NCBI RefSeq assembly: GCF_006345805.1
Contig: NC_042998.1
Location: 182,838,001-182,902,000 of the forward strand
Source of the DNA: Octopus sinensis
Lineage: Eukaryota
Direction: 5' to 3'
DNA: 64,000 nucleotides
Shown: positions 39,089-52,209 of the stretch, in pieces
How the letters are laid out: each line of letters begins with the position of its first letter
How positions within the stretch are numbered: the first letter of the stretch is position 1
Program-made: the position numbers and the translations under genes
Notes under the pieces: model-generated
Seen by the model: only the letters and a program-made list of their open reading frames with translations
Told to the model about the DNA's origin: nothing
The model's database searches: none

Positions 39089-39721
39089 CATATATTCACT
39101 TTGCTTTCTCTCTTGCCCTTTCTCTGCTTTTTATGTTTAACCTTTTTATGTTCATTTCTCCTTTTATTTCTCTCTCTACTTTCTCCATCTTGCTTTATCT
39201 CAATAGAAATGTGACTCATATAATAGGGATGTGTGACACCTCAATAGGATTCTCATCAGCCAACAAAGATGGGACAGCTATACTGTTTTTATTTCCCTGA
39301 AATAAAAACAATATAGGACACCCAATCTTAAAATACCTTTTCTCTGTTACTAGTGCTGCAAGAAACATACACTCACAAGAATTAATCATATGAAAGTGAA
39401 AATAGTATTCTGCTGTTACCAAATATATTAACAAAACTAGCACGTACTTGGGTTTTGTAGATTATGGGTTGTTGTGGTATGATCCACCCTCATTAAACAT
39501 TTAAGAAATCTCAATGTATTTATTTGCACATTACCTTATGTTAATGAAGGTACAATGAGAGGTAAGAGAAAGGAAATAGTAGAGATGTTGAAATGTGTAA
39601 CTTGATGTGTGAAACAGAAAGAAGCAGAAATTGGTTAGAAGAAAACTGGTTGAATTTTTTTCTAAATAATAGTGGATTCAAATTCTAGCTGCTCAATTGA
39701 TTCTTATTTTTTGTCCCTTAA

Positions 39722-39932
39722 CCCTTTAGTGTTCACATTATTCTGCCAAAATTAATGCTTCTTCATCCACATTGTTTTGAACTAATCGTGCATTATCTTG
39801 TAGCTATGAGATTTTGATGAGGTAGCTGTTCATTTTTCAAATGATATTGTAGGGTTGGCATGAGAGACCAGATCTGGCCTGTTTGAACATAAAACAGGCT
39901 GAATACTTTTGGCCGGTTTAAATGCTAAAGGG
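39722..39932. mobile_element. piggyBac-type MITE (211 bp) inserted into a SINE C
   Basis: TTAA|CCCTTTAG ... CTAAAGGG|TTAA (TSD 39718-21 and 39933-36); the flanks rejoin into SINE C minus-strand sequence. A related copy at about 50312-50910 is split by a SINE A. Confidence 0.8.
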
Positions 39933-40063
39933 TTAAAGACTGAAAAACAGAGTTGACCTTTGCAGAATTTAAACTCAGAATGTAAAGAGCTGGAAGAAAT
40001 GTCATTAGGCATTTTTATCCAATGTGCTAACAATTCTGCCAGTTTACTACTGTCTTCTAAGTA

Positions 40064-40253
40064 CCATATTTGATGGCATATCAGATGCAATTTTATTTCC
40101 CCCGAAAATGTTTCAAAATATCAGCCTGGGTTTTTGTATGCAAAGATGATTATATCACATGCTTTAATGAACTAAAAACATTTTTCTTGAATATGTGCTG
40201 CTGAAATTGGGGTGCATCTAACATACCTGTGTCTTTTATGCCATCAAACATAG
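40064..40253. mobile_element. Tc2/pogo-type MITE, 190 bp
   Basis: TA|CCATATTTGATGGCATA ... TATGCCATCAAACATAG|TA. Confidence 0.75.
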
Positions 40254-40939
40254 TACGTAATAATGCTGAAACTGAGAGTGTATATTTTACTGATTGAATC
40301 CATGAATTGCAACTATGATGAGGCATCATCTCCAAGGGTCTATAGCAACTGTGCATAAAGGAAAGCAACTAAGACAAATGTAAACATCACAAATATAACC
40401 TTTAAGCCATCTGGCACTGGTATACACCTGTCATCATCATTATTATAATGTCCACAAGGCAGCAAGCTGGCAGAATCGTTAGCATACCGAGCAAAATGCT
40501 TAGCAGTATTTCATCTGTCTTTATGTTCTGAGATCAAATTCCACTGAGGTCAACTTTGCCTTTCATCCTTTTGGGGTCAATAAATTAAATATCAGTTGCA
40601 TGCTGGGGTTGATCTAATTGACAGGCCCCCTCCCCCAAAATTTCGGGCCTTGTGCCTAAAGTAGAAAAGATTATTATGATGTCCACTTTTCTATGCTTGC
40701 ATGGGTCAGATAGAATTTCTTGAGGTGGATTTTCTACAGCTGGATACTCACTCTGCTACCAACCATCACCTGTTTCCAAGCAAGTTAATAGTTCCCCATT
40801 GGAAGACATGTTTACAAGGAAGATTGGAAACAAGCACCATCACTTGTTACACAGTCATATTCATTTTATAACCATCATGCAGTGTCAAAGAAATGAAGCA
40901 CACACACACACACATATATGCATTAATACATGTGTAATA

Positions 40940-41270
40940 CATGGCTCAGTGGTTAGAGCATCAAGCTTACGATTGTGAGGTTGTGAGCTCGAATCTCGCA
41001 CTGGACTGCGTGTTGTGTTCTTGAGCAAGACACTTTATTTCACATTGCTCCAGTTCACTCAGCTGTAGAAATGAGTTGCGACGTCACAGGTGCCAAGCTG
41101 TATCAGCCTTTGCCATTCCCTTGGATAACACTGGTGGCGTGGAGAGGGGAGGCCGGTATGCATGGGCGACTGCTGGTCTTCCATAAACAACCTTGCCCGG
41201 ACTTGTGCCTGGGAGGGTAACTTTCTAGGTGCAATCCCATAGTCTGTGTCATGACCAAAAGGGGTCTCAG
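40940..41270 (+). mobile_element. tRNA-derived SINE (head H2/CORE-like + tail T4)
   Basis: Head and core as in 7141-7430 (GTGTTCTTGAGCAAGACACTTTATTTCACATTGCTCCAG), with an unrelated tail. Confidence 0.75.
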
Positions 41271-41807
41271 ATATATGTATATCTATCTTTCAGTTTCCAT
41301 ATATCAAATTAATTTGCATGGCTTTGGTTGGCTTAGGGCTATATATGTACGTGTATATGTGTGTCTGTCTGTCTGAACCCTTCTCATGACATCATGTGAT
41401 GAATGTAAATGAGCATCACTGTCATACAAGCGGCATTGTTTATTTCCAGTCTTACAGGAAAAACGTGTCTGGACATGCTTGAAAATAAGTGAGGGTTGGC
41501 AACAGGAACCATATCCAGATGTAGAAAATCTTCCTCAACAAACTCCATCTAAGCCATACAAGCATAAAAAAAAGTGGATGTTAAGCAACAATAATGATGT
41601 TCATTTGTGAAAAGTGGCACAGACAAACAACAAAAAAGCTTACAGGATAAATGAAAACATCTAAGACTTATACATCCAAATTTGTATGGTTTCCATTTGT
41701 CAAGGGGTAATTTCATTTGTACTGTTTTCATTTCTCCTGTAAATTTCTTTGTCTAACCATGCCACTGTTTTCTATATTATTTGTAATCAACTCACTATTT
41801 TCTCATG

Positions 41808-42105
41808 GTGGAGGCACATGGCCTAGTGGTTAGAGCAGCGGACTCGCGGTTGAGGGATCATGGGTTCGAATCTCTGACCGTATGATGTGTGTGTTTATGA
41901 GCGAAACACCTAAGCTCCATGCGGCTCCTGCAGAAGGTAATGGCGAGCTTCTGCTGACTCTTTCACCACAGCTTTCTCTCACTCTTTCCTCCTGCAGTTG
42001 CAGCTCACCTGTGACAGACCAACGTCTCATCCAATTGGGGAACCTGTGCATCTAGGAAACCGGGAAACCGGCCCTTATGAGCCAGGCATGGCTCGAGAAG
42101 GAACA
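41808..42105 (+). mobile_element. tRNA-derived SINE (head H1 + tail T3)
   Basis: GGAGGCACATGGCCTAGTGGTTAGAGCAGCGGACTCGCGG head as at 58 and 2079, with a third tail. Confidence 0.75.
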
Positions 42106-44569
42106 TTTTTGTATGTTACACACACATACATTTTTAGACATACATACAAATAGCTTCCATATAGTTCCCATCTATCAAATTTTACTCATTATCTTTTGAT
42201 TGACTCATGGCTAGGCTAGAAGATACATGTTAAATTGCTGTGCAGTGGAATTGAACCTGAAATCATGTGGTTGCAAAATAAACTACTTAGACTACTTAAC
42301 CATTTCTATTTTTAACACTGAGAGAGAGAGAGAGAGAGAAGCAGATGGATAAACTTGCACTGAATGATACATACTTAGCAGCAGGAAAGCTACTGTAATC
42401 TCTACACACACCACTTTCTGCATTCAGTTATTGAAATTTGGAGCAATTGGTTTTCTGTGCTTGTCAGTCAAAATATGAAACAATTTTCTAGAATCTGCAA
42501 TCAGCACTGTCTCAGTATTCTGGTGACCAGAACACTAGCTTTCAAAGGCAGAATGCACAGATACATTTTATCTTGTTACTCTCATCATTAAGAATACAGT
42601 GAACCAATGATTGACCCATTGGTTCCTATTGAGCTAAATATCAAGCAACACTATTCTTCTCAAAATGTCAGATTATCAGAGAACTGGTGGGGAACTAGTT
42701 CTATGAACCCTTATTGAACATTATTTCCAGAGTAAATTTAGTCGCATTTTGGTCAGTATTTTTCTTATGACCCTCACACACAAGGACTTGAACTCAGCAA
42801 TGTAAGTAAATAAAATAGTTGTTAATTATACTGTGTTCTTCTTGCTAGCATGTGGTACCTATTTACAGCCAAACGAACTGTGTTATTAAGATTTAAGTGA
42901 CTTGTTTAGACACAGTGCAATACTGGCCATAGGATAACTTGTTGATCATTTAGCATGTAGTGACATTAAATTTCATCCAATTCCTGTTCTTAAAAAGGAT
43001 TTCCCTAATCTTATCTAAAGATCCTAGCACTGAGACAGTGGTTTGTTGTGCCAAGATACTAGGAAGGAAAAGCTTAAGGCTTGTAAAATTCTGTGATAAA
43101 AATAATATCACCATATATAAAACTAAAGAAAACTACTCAAATTTTTGGTGGATGCCAATTTGAAAGTTGTAACTGTCATGCCACTTGCCCATCCTTAAGC
43201 ATACCATAACCAATATAATTATAATGATTCCAGTCACAAATGAAATTTTGGTTGGAAACATAGATTTCCAGGAGTAAGCTTATATTCTTTCTATAAATCA
43301 AAGTGAATCAGTAGAATCCAAGGGAACTTAGATAATGATGGCTTGTGTCAGCAAAGAGTAAATACAAAAAGTTAATTATATGAAATAAATTATTTTGTTG
43401 TGAGGAAGGAAAGAAGTCTTGCCTTTGGAGAGAAGATTTCTGCCTGAAGTGTTAGACCTCTCTTCTTATCGACAAAATAATTTGTTTTACTTTGCAAACT
43501 TTTTATACTCTATAAAGCTTGCTATAAGCTCTATTGAGCTTATACTAACTAGATGATGTATTGACTCTCCAACAAATAATGCCTTGTAAGATTTACTGTA
43601 TATATTGTATTGTGACTTTCGATATGGAACATAATAATATTCCTTGGGTAAAGCCTTTCATTAGAAGTTAAATTTTTTTAACTATTATAATTTGGTTTAT
43701 AAAACCTACTTATGTTCAGAATTTTGGGAAAGGGAAACAAAATGTTTTGATATTCATATCCTTTTAAATAATATTATAATATATAATCTGATAGATGTCA
43801 ACAACAAATTGAAACTGATTCAATTATTTTTCCAATGCTCTTGGGGGGAAAAATACACAAATATCACCACATCCCATAATAACTTCTTCGTGAATTTGTA
43901 ATCTTTCAAAAAAAAAAAAAAGCATTATGATTATATCAATATTCTATTTCATGTTTCTATAGTAAGCCATATCACTTTAATTTTTATTTTCTTGCTGTAG
44001 CTTTGCTATTGTTTGTTTTCTCCATTTAATTCGTATATATATATTTTCACAATAGGTTTTAGATCTATCAGTATTATTAGTTTTGCTTGTATGTGAAAGT
44101 AATCTTCATTGAAGCAATATACAGCTTTTTTCCTCTGCAGTTGGGCTGCTTGCTTTCAGGCCATTTCTATAAACAAAAGCAGTAAGGCACTAAAGTAATT
44201 GGTTAAAAACAAAATAAACAAATTTAGATAAAAAAAATATAACTAAAATAAATAACTTGAGCACAGCATAATGAAAGAAACCACTTAGAAAGTAAGAATT
44301 TATTGTGATAAATATAAAAGTGTTTGCTCTTAGTATAAAGCTTCTAAAGGGTTTATGGACAAGTTCTGACCTCTAAATCATAATTATTATAAAAGAAATA
44401 CAACTGAGATGCTTTATTGACAATATATAATACTGTCAATCTGTGCTGGCACAACAATATGCAGCAACATTAGTATCAGCAGCATCAGTATTTGTTGAAA
44501 ATTAGCTCTTTTCAAACTGGTATTACATTAAGCTGAAAGAAAACTAATAATAACATCAATAATAATGAT

Positions 44570-44620
44570 GATAACAATAATAATAGCAGTAGTAGTAGTA
44601 GTAGTGATGATGATGATCAC

Positions 44621-44660
<40 letters not shown>
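44570..44660. repeat. (AAT)/(AGT)/(GAT) trinucleotide compound microsatellite
   Basis: Direct reading; similar (ATT)n at 35390-35460. Confidence 0.93.
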
Positions 44661-45978
44661 CTTTGTGACCAAGGAGGCAAAAGAAGAAAGAACATTATGA
44701 AACTGTCGAGACAAATTCACTGAAAGGAAAACAAAAAGGCATTGTATTGGTTTCCTAAAACTAGAATGTAAACAGAAATATAAAAAAATTATGTATAAAT
44801 GGGAAAGAGAAAAAAAATAAGGATAGCCATTCAAGGTGAATCAGGGAGCTGAAAACTCTCTCTGCCATCACATTATCTCATTCCCTCATATTGATTTTTG
44901 CCATTTTCATACACCTTATATAAAGTTACCAAAAACAGAATTTCTTTTTCCACCTTTACTTTTCCTTTTAAGTGGTAACTTTCAGAAGATGATCAAAGTA
45001 CCATTAGAGAGAGAAAACTCAACTTTAACACTTTTAGTCTCACCTAACCATACCAACATCATACAAAAACATTGCCTGATTATCTTTCCCAAACTGAGTT
45101 TATTTTCAAAATGGCATTGGTTGACAAACAAATTGTTTTAATGTATGGTAACAACTAAATTGTATAACCAAATATGTTTTTTTTACACATATATGGAAAA
45201 TATCTATTTGTTTTCTCTCCCATATCTTGGATATATATGAAGAAGAACTCTGAATTTGTTGCAATTTTTGATAAACAAAATTTTATTCTTTTCATACACA
45301 AAAACCAAATGGTGTTGTTACTACAAATAACAAAATGTTGGCAGGGTTCAAATGTTATTGTTCTTTGAGTAATTGTAATAGTCATCTGAAAGTTAGCTGT
45401 TGGTCATTGGATTGCTGTTGCCAATCATTCGTTGTTAGCTTGGGTCAGCAGCTGTCCGCATCTGTTCACTCTCAGTCCACCATCTCAGCTCTGCTGTCTC
45501 TCAGTTCTCTCTAAAGCTCTCTGTTTAGTAGTCAAGATGTGCTGAATTTATATTGATGGTCAGGCCCAGAAAGAAACATGCCAAAAGATGAAATCATTGC
45601 TGGAGCCTATTCCACACAAAGTTGTGATTGGTCATATTTTGTTGATCATGTGAGTAATATTCTAGCAAATCACAACAGCGGATTACTGCTGAATATTATT
45701 ACTACAGATATGACTGGTTGACCATACTGTTATGCCTAGATAGGCTTTTCTCCACTATCACTGTTCCTGGTGATATTACTAGGCCATAGAATTTCAGAAA
45801 TTCTTCACACAAAACCATGGTTATGTGGTTAAGAAGCTTACTTTCTAACCATGTGGTTTCAGCTTCAGCCACTGTATGGCACCTTAAATAAGTGTCTTCT
45901 AGTTTAGCCCTTGGCTGACCAATGCCTTGTGAAGGAGGAAACTGTGTTGATGCCTGGCATAACTGAATGAAGCAAGTA

Positions 45979-46183
45979 CCATATTTTCTGGCATACAAGT
46001 CAAATTTTTCTGACCAAAATTTATGGCAAAAAAAGTAGGTCAACTTAATACAAAAATGGCTTTGGAAGATCAAAAATTCCATATGAAATACAGCAGAATT
46101 TGGGAAATATAGTAACAATGTTTGAATGTTTACAGTACATGTTTACATTATATGCTATTTGACTTGTATGCCAGAAAATACAG
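45979..46183. mobile_element. Tc2/pogo-type MITE, 205 bp
   Basis: ~27-bp TIR CCATATTTTCTGGCATACAAGTCAAAT / ATTTGACTTGTATGCCAGAAAATACAG with TA on both sides. Confidence 0.82.
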
Positions 46184-47783
46184 TAAAGGGATATAAAAGA
46201 GTATATTTTCAGGTCAAATACAACTCTTCATTAAAAAAATTCTAAAAAAAAAAAATTGTAACCATTTTACATCATCTAAGTTACTGATGCCCTTGAGAAC
46301 CTCACAAACATTTCACCTTATTATTGCTCCTCCCTTGTAAATTTGAACCCATGTGCCTATATAATTAATCAATATCTAAGTGGGTGGGGTTTTTTCTTTC
46401 TTAATTATTATCATTTTATTTTATTTTGCTCTATGATTAAAACAGAAGCATGAGTAACTGACAGATTAAGCACTATTTTGATATTTTGACTGAGAATGAA
46501 ATATCTGCTAACAGCATTTTCTTTAAAAAAAAAAACAAACTATTAGCATCATTATGAGATGTTAAAAAATGAGTTCAGTATCTCATTATTTTATCCCTTC
46601 TTGTTTAATTAAAGGGAATACCCTGGTAAAATAGTAATATACCCAATTCATTTGAGGACACTTTTTATTCCTAAAACATGTTTAGCCACAAGAAATCTAT
46701 CAACAGTAAGAGTTGTTTAATCCTAGATTAGTCTTGACTGAGCTTATCTGTGATCAGAGACATTCTAGTAAGCTGTATCTAGAACTATATCTAGAACTAC
46801 AATGACTAATTAATTAACAGTTAATTATTATATTGAAGAAGATTTAGCTGCTATTTTTTGCAAAACAAATGATCAAGGGGTGTTGCCTTATTGGCTTCAT
46901 TAATAGTAGTTCTGTGTGTGTAAGCAGCACAAGGTACTGGTAAGCTTCTGGTAGAGCAAGTCCACTAGTGTAATTTCTCAGTTCAAACCATTTAACTTAA
47001 CTTCAAAATAATATATGCCCTTTGGTAAAGCATGAACATCACATGATTATGGTATGATTCTTGTTATATTTTGCCCGTTTTAATAACTAGAACATGATTG
47101 ATTTCAATAACATCTAAAAGTTTAACGAAACGAAAAACATTAAACAATTTTATAGAACAAGTCATAGTTTTCCCTCTCATACATATTAAAATATGTAAAG
47201 CATAAATGTCACAACAGCAATATTTCATCTCCTGATCACTGCCAAATCAACAAAATTCCAATATATAGATGGGCAACATCTACATAAACACAGCAACACT
47301 GCAAAGTTTAGCTACTTGTAGTGATATCAGCTTACTCATTGTATAAACTACAATTACTAAACTCTACTTTAACAAATTGACAAGTACATAAATCAATTTT
47401 CTCTCAGCCATCCATTCTGACAAGCTTTTTAAATCATTGTCATCACTTAAAATGCAACATTTCCATGCATGGGTCAGACAGAATCTGTTGAGGCAGATTT
47501 TATATGGTCAGATGCCCTTCCTGTTGCTAACCCTTACCTATTTGCAAGCAAAGTAATATTTCCCCTTGGCCAGACATGTTTTTCATGAAAGACTGGAAAT
47601 GAGTAACATTATTTGTATGACAGTGATTCTCATATACAATGTTTTATGATATCAATACAAGGGTACACACAAACACACACTTATTTGCCACAGGCTTCTT
47701 CACAAGGCTTTGGCTGGCCTGGAGCTTAGTAAAAGACACTTGCCCAAGACACCACACATTGGGACTGGATCTAAGACTATATA

Positions 47784-48295
47784 CCGTAAATCCTCGGGTA
47801 TAGTCTGCCCTTGAGTATAATATGCAGGGGATTTTTAGGGGGTTGTACCTCTGAAAAACCTAAACCTTGTGTATAATACGCACCCCTTCTCTAACTTGAG
47901 TCAAGGAGGTCTATATAACGTCCTTGGTTTGTAAAAATGTATACGGTAATGTCCTTTATTATTATTGTATATATAACATAATGCAAACATGTAGCTTTTT
48001 TATGCATTTTGTTTGCAGAAAATAAAGAAATAACAGAATAACATTTAATAAATGTTGCTTACTGCAAGTTATGGATAATTCTTTTATGACTTCATTGCTT
48101 TCAGGCTTAGCTTAAGGTATTTTCACGCCCGACATCACAAAATGCGTCTGAATAAACATTGCCAGACAGCAAATAGAAACTTGGACATTGCTTAGGAAAT
48201 AATTTTCATTTTTAACCTCGTATATAGTACGCACTAGAGATTTTGACCTTTAAATTTTTTGGGGGAAAATGCAGATTATACACGAGGATTTACGG
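47784..48295. mobile_element. Tc2/pogo-type non-autonomous DNA transposon (512 bp) inserted in a SINE A
   Basis: TA|CCGTAAATCCTCG.GTATA ... TATACACGAGGATTTACGG|TA; the flanks (47690-47783, 48296-48335) rejoin into a minus-strand SINE A head. Confidence 0.85.
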
Positions 48296-49404
48296 TAGTT
48301 GGAAGCAAGCTTTTTAACCATGCAGCCACACCAACACCTAAATAGAAATAAAGATATAAAAAAAGAACACTGCATACATCATCATCATCATCATCATTTA
48401 ACATCTGTTGTCCATGCTGGTATGGGTTGGACAGTTTGACCAGAGCTGGCAAGCTGGAGAGCTGCACCAGAATCAGTGTGATTAAGCATGGATTCTATGG
48501 TTGGATGCCCTTCCTAATGCCCACCACTTTACAGTGTGTGCTGGGTGCTTTTACATGGCACTGCATGGGCACTTTTATGTGAGACCTCAAGGGCCCTTTT
48601 GTGTGGCACCTCACGGGCCCTTGTATGTGGAACCACACAGGTGCTTTTACACAGCACTGCCCAGTATAAGGCAGCAAGCTGGCAGAATCATTAGCACATC
48701 AGGCAAAATGCTTAGCAGCATTTCATCCATCTTTATGGTCTGAGTTCAATTTCTACTGGGATCAATTTTACCTTTCATCATTTGGATGTCAATAAATTAA
48801 GTACCAGTTGAGCACTGGTATCGATGTAATCCAATTATCCCCTCCCTCAAAATTGCTGGCCTTGTGCTAAAATTTGAAATCAATATTTATACCAAATGTA
48901 AATACTCTTTTTAAGTATTAAAATAATGCATGGACTTTGTCAAGCTGTAATTAGCTCTAGTCCTCCCCTTCCATGGATTAATTTTCAAATTAAATTCAGC
49001 TCAATTTAAATATTTTTATTACAGCTGGTTGTCCCATTATCCAGTATCATTTTATTAAATTAATAAGTTTTTTGAGTTTTTTTTTTTTTAGTGAATTACA
49101 TAATTTAATAGGTTGTACAAAAAAGACAACAATGAAACAAATATTCTGTGAAAAGTGTCAGGCAAACCTAATGGTTTCTAACATAGGCTCAAAGCCTGAA
49201 AATTGGTGGAAGGATTGGGGCTAGTCAACAGCATCAGCCCTGCTACTGGCCCAGTAGTTTATTTTCTTGAACTCAAAAGAATAAACACCAAAGTTATCTT
49301 CGGCAGGGTTTAAACTGAGGATGTAAAAAGTTGGAATAAGTACTGCAAGGTATTTCTATTGGTTTGTAATAATGCCACCAAAAATAAAGGTAAAAAATTC
49401 CAAG

Positions 49405-49961
49405 ATGTGGCTGTGTGGTAAGACATTTGCTTTCCAACCACATGGTTCCAGGTTCAGTCCCATTGTGTTGCACCTTGGACAATTGTCTTCTACTTGGATG
49501 ATTGTCTTTGATCGGCCTGCCTCAGGCCAATCAGAGTCTTGTGAGTGGAGTTTGTAGACAGAAACTGAAACAAGCCCATTGTATATTGTTAAATATTTTA
49601 ATATATTTTAATATATTTTAATTTCAATTTTTATGTATTAATTATATTAATCGAATTATATTTTCTACAATATTAATGACAATATGTATTTGAATCAAAT
49701 CTTCGATTTAAGGTTTTTTCCTCGATTTTTTACAATTTCATATTGAACTCATTTATTTGTTTTGTTTATTTTTGTTTATCGCTCGCATATGACCGTTATT
49801 TGAAAGGACCAATCAAACAAATCCATTTTTAAAGGCGTATCGTTTATACTAGTCTTGATAGAATTGTCATCTTGGTTCTATTTTAACAAAACTGTCCGAC
49901 GAACGGGAACGTGAAACTCTGAGTAACAGCTTTTGTTAAATTTCTGCTGCTTTTAAATAAA

Positions 49962-50013
<52 letters not shown>

Positions 50014-50225
50014 GTGTGTGTGTATTTGAGTGTGTATTTGTTTCCTTCTACTGCTTGACGACTGGTGTTGGTGTGTTTATGTCCCTGTGACTTAGTGGGT
50101 CAGCAAATAAGTACCAGACTTTAAAAAAAAAAATTAACTACTAGTGTCAATTCATTCAACTAAAAATTACTCAAGGCAGTGCTCCAGCATGGTTGCAGTC
50201 AAATGTCTGAAACAAGTAAAAGATT
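49405..50225 (+). mobile_element. SINE family A split at its internal microsatellite by the AT-rich hammerhead-bearing insert (about 49586-49960) and (TA)n
   Basis: Head and core at 49405-49585; tail at about 50010-50225. Confidence 0.7.
49882..49940 (+). ncRNA. Type I hammerhead ribozyme (U4C variant) in slo intron, sense orientation
   Basis: Stem I TTTAACAAAA-CTGT / ACAG-(C bulge)-TTTTGTTAAA; core CCGACGA 49896-49902; stem II ACG-GGAA-CGT; GAAA 49913-16; stem III ACTC/GAGT; GUA triplet with predicted cut after 49925. Confidence 0.72.
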
Positions 50226-52173
50226 AAAAAATCAAAATAATAAAAACATGACAAAGTATGAAAAAATACAAAAATATAAAAATTCAATTTATAAATGGCA
50301 AAATATGTCTTAATCATTTAGCATTCAGATTACTCTGTCCAATGTAATGCTAAATTTATTCACATTGTTTTTAATTAATCATGCGTTAATTATCTCCTAG
50401 CTTCGAGATTTCAGTGACATTTTTTTATCTCCTACTTGTTTCAGTCATTAGACTGCAGCCATCCTGGGGCTCTGCCTTGAAGAAATTTTAGTTAAATGAG
50501 TCAGCCCCAGTACTTAGTTTTTTTTAATCCTGGTACTTATTTTATTGGTCTCTTTTGCTGAACTGCTAAGTTACAGGGAGGCAAACACATTAACATGAGT
50601 TGTGAATCAGAAGATGGGAACAAACATAGACACAAAGACACACATAGATATATATATATATATACATACGTGATGGGATTCTGTCTACGAAATTCACCCA
50701 CAAAGCTTTAGTTGTCCTGAGGCAATAGTAGAAGACACTTACCCAAAGTGCCACACACTTGGACTGAACCCAGAAACATAGGGTTGGGAAGCAAGCTACA
50801 TACCACACAGCTATGCCATTTGTGAGAAGTCAGATCTGATTGGTTTAAACTTAAAACAGGCAGAATATTTAGGCTGGATAAAGCCAGTTTAAATGTTAGA
50901 GGCATTTAAATTATGCTAAAGTAATTAAGTAACAATCCTATTCAGAAAATTAGTATAATAATTAAAATAACAAAACCATATTACTGGCAGAATAGGTGCA
51001 AATTTCTCCCACTTATTAAAATGCTTTAATGTATTTACTATCACAATAAGTGTCAAGATTAAATCATATCAATGAATTTTCAGTTTTTTATGCTTATTGC
51101 TAATAGTAAAAACTTCATCAGTCCAAAAACAATGAGTTTTATGTCTCACACAAATGGTTAGCAAAGAAATGAGAATGAAGATTGTCACATGTTAGTTGAT
51201 ATATCAATTTGGTGTTTGTGAACAATACACTATATTTCACAAAGAAAAGTAGTCAGAGAAAAAAGGTAAACTTGATTGTGTAACATAGATGCAGGTGTGG
51301 CTGTGTGGTAAGAAGCTTACTTCCCAACCACATGGTTCTGGGTTCATTCCCACTGCATGGCAAGTGTCTTCTTCTATAGCCTTAGGTCAACCAAAGCCTT
51401 CTGAGTGGATTTGGTAGATGGAAACTAAAAGGAAGCCCATTATGTGTGTGTGTGTGTATGTGTTTGTTCCCCACCACCACTTGACAATCAGCATTGGAGT
51501 GTAACTTAGCAGTTCAGCAAAAAAGACCAATAAAATAAGTACTAGGCTTCAAAAAATAAATAAGTCCTAGAGCCAATATGTTTGACTTAAACCCTTCAAA
51601 ACAGTGCCCCAGCATGGCCACAGTCAAATGACTGAAACAAGTAAAAGATAAAAGATTTTTTGCGTATATGTTTAATCATTTAGGATGTGCTCTGTTTCTA
51701 ATGGGAAGTAGTTTAATTTTCCTTAGCAATGCTTGTAAGTGAGATTTTTGAAATGAGGAAGATAATTAGTAAAACATATATTTATATATGCAACTAAGAA
51801 TTTAATATCTCTGTTTATGAAAGCTTTAAAGATAAGACACATATGATTAAATGCTTTATTAGCAATGTTACAAAGATTCTAGATTCTTTGGAAATTTAAG
51901 ATTACTATCGACAATTACTTTATATCCTTTATATCCTTCACAAGAGCAATGATATTATCTAAGAAAAAAAAAAGACAAATAAGATTCTTGACAAAAATCA
52001 ATAGCAACAAGTTGTAAGTTCTGAAAGTTAAAACATTGAGGTTATATTAGTGAAGAGCAGATTCAGTAAAATTTGATATATATATGTGACCGAAGATTAA
52101 AGGCTTCGAATGACCCGTCCGTGTTTTTTGTATCGTCTATTTGGATGTTTTGCGTTCTTGTCCCATTTTGTAT

Positions 52174-52209
<36 letters not shown>

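Noticed and set aside
39100-39306. Pyrimidine tract, CAATAG acceptor (39206), early stop (KCDSYNRDV*) and AATAAA at 39301 as a possible terminal or poison exon
   Set aside because: The tract adjoins CT-rich low-complexity sequence; such matches are expected by chance without RNA evidence.
42498-42625. TCAGCAC (NRSE-like half) and GAACCAATG/CATTGGTTC inverted CCAAT hairpin
   Set aside because: Only half of an NRSE; a 9-bp inverted repeat is plausible by chance and has no supporting context.
43997-44029. VALLLFVFSI* resembling the start of Slo1 exon 2
   Set aside because: Stop after 10 codons, wrong position relative to the AG, and no following ASLIIYF.
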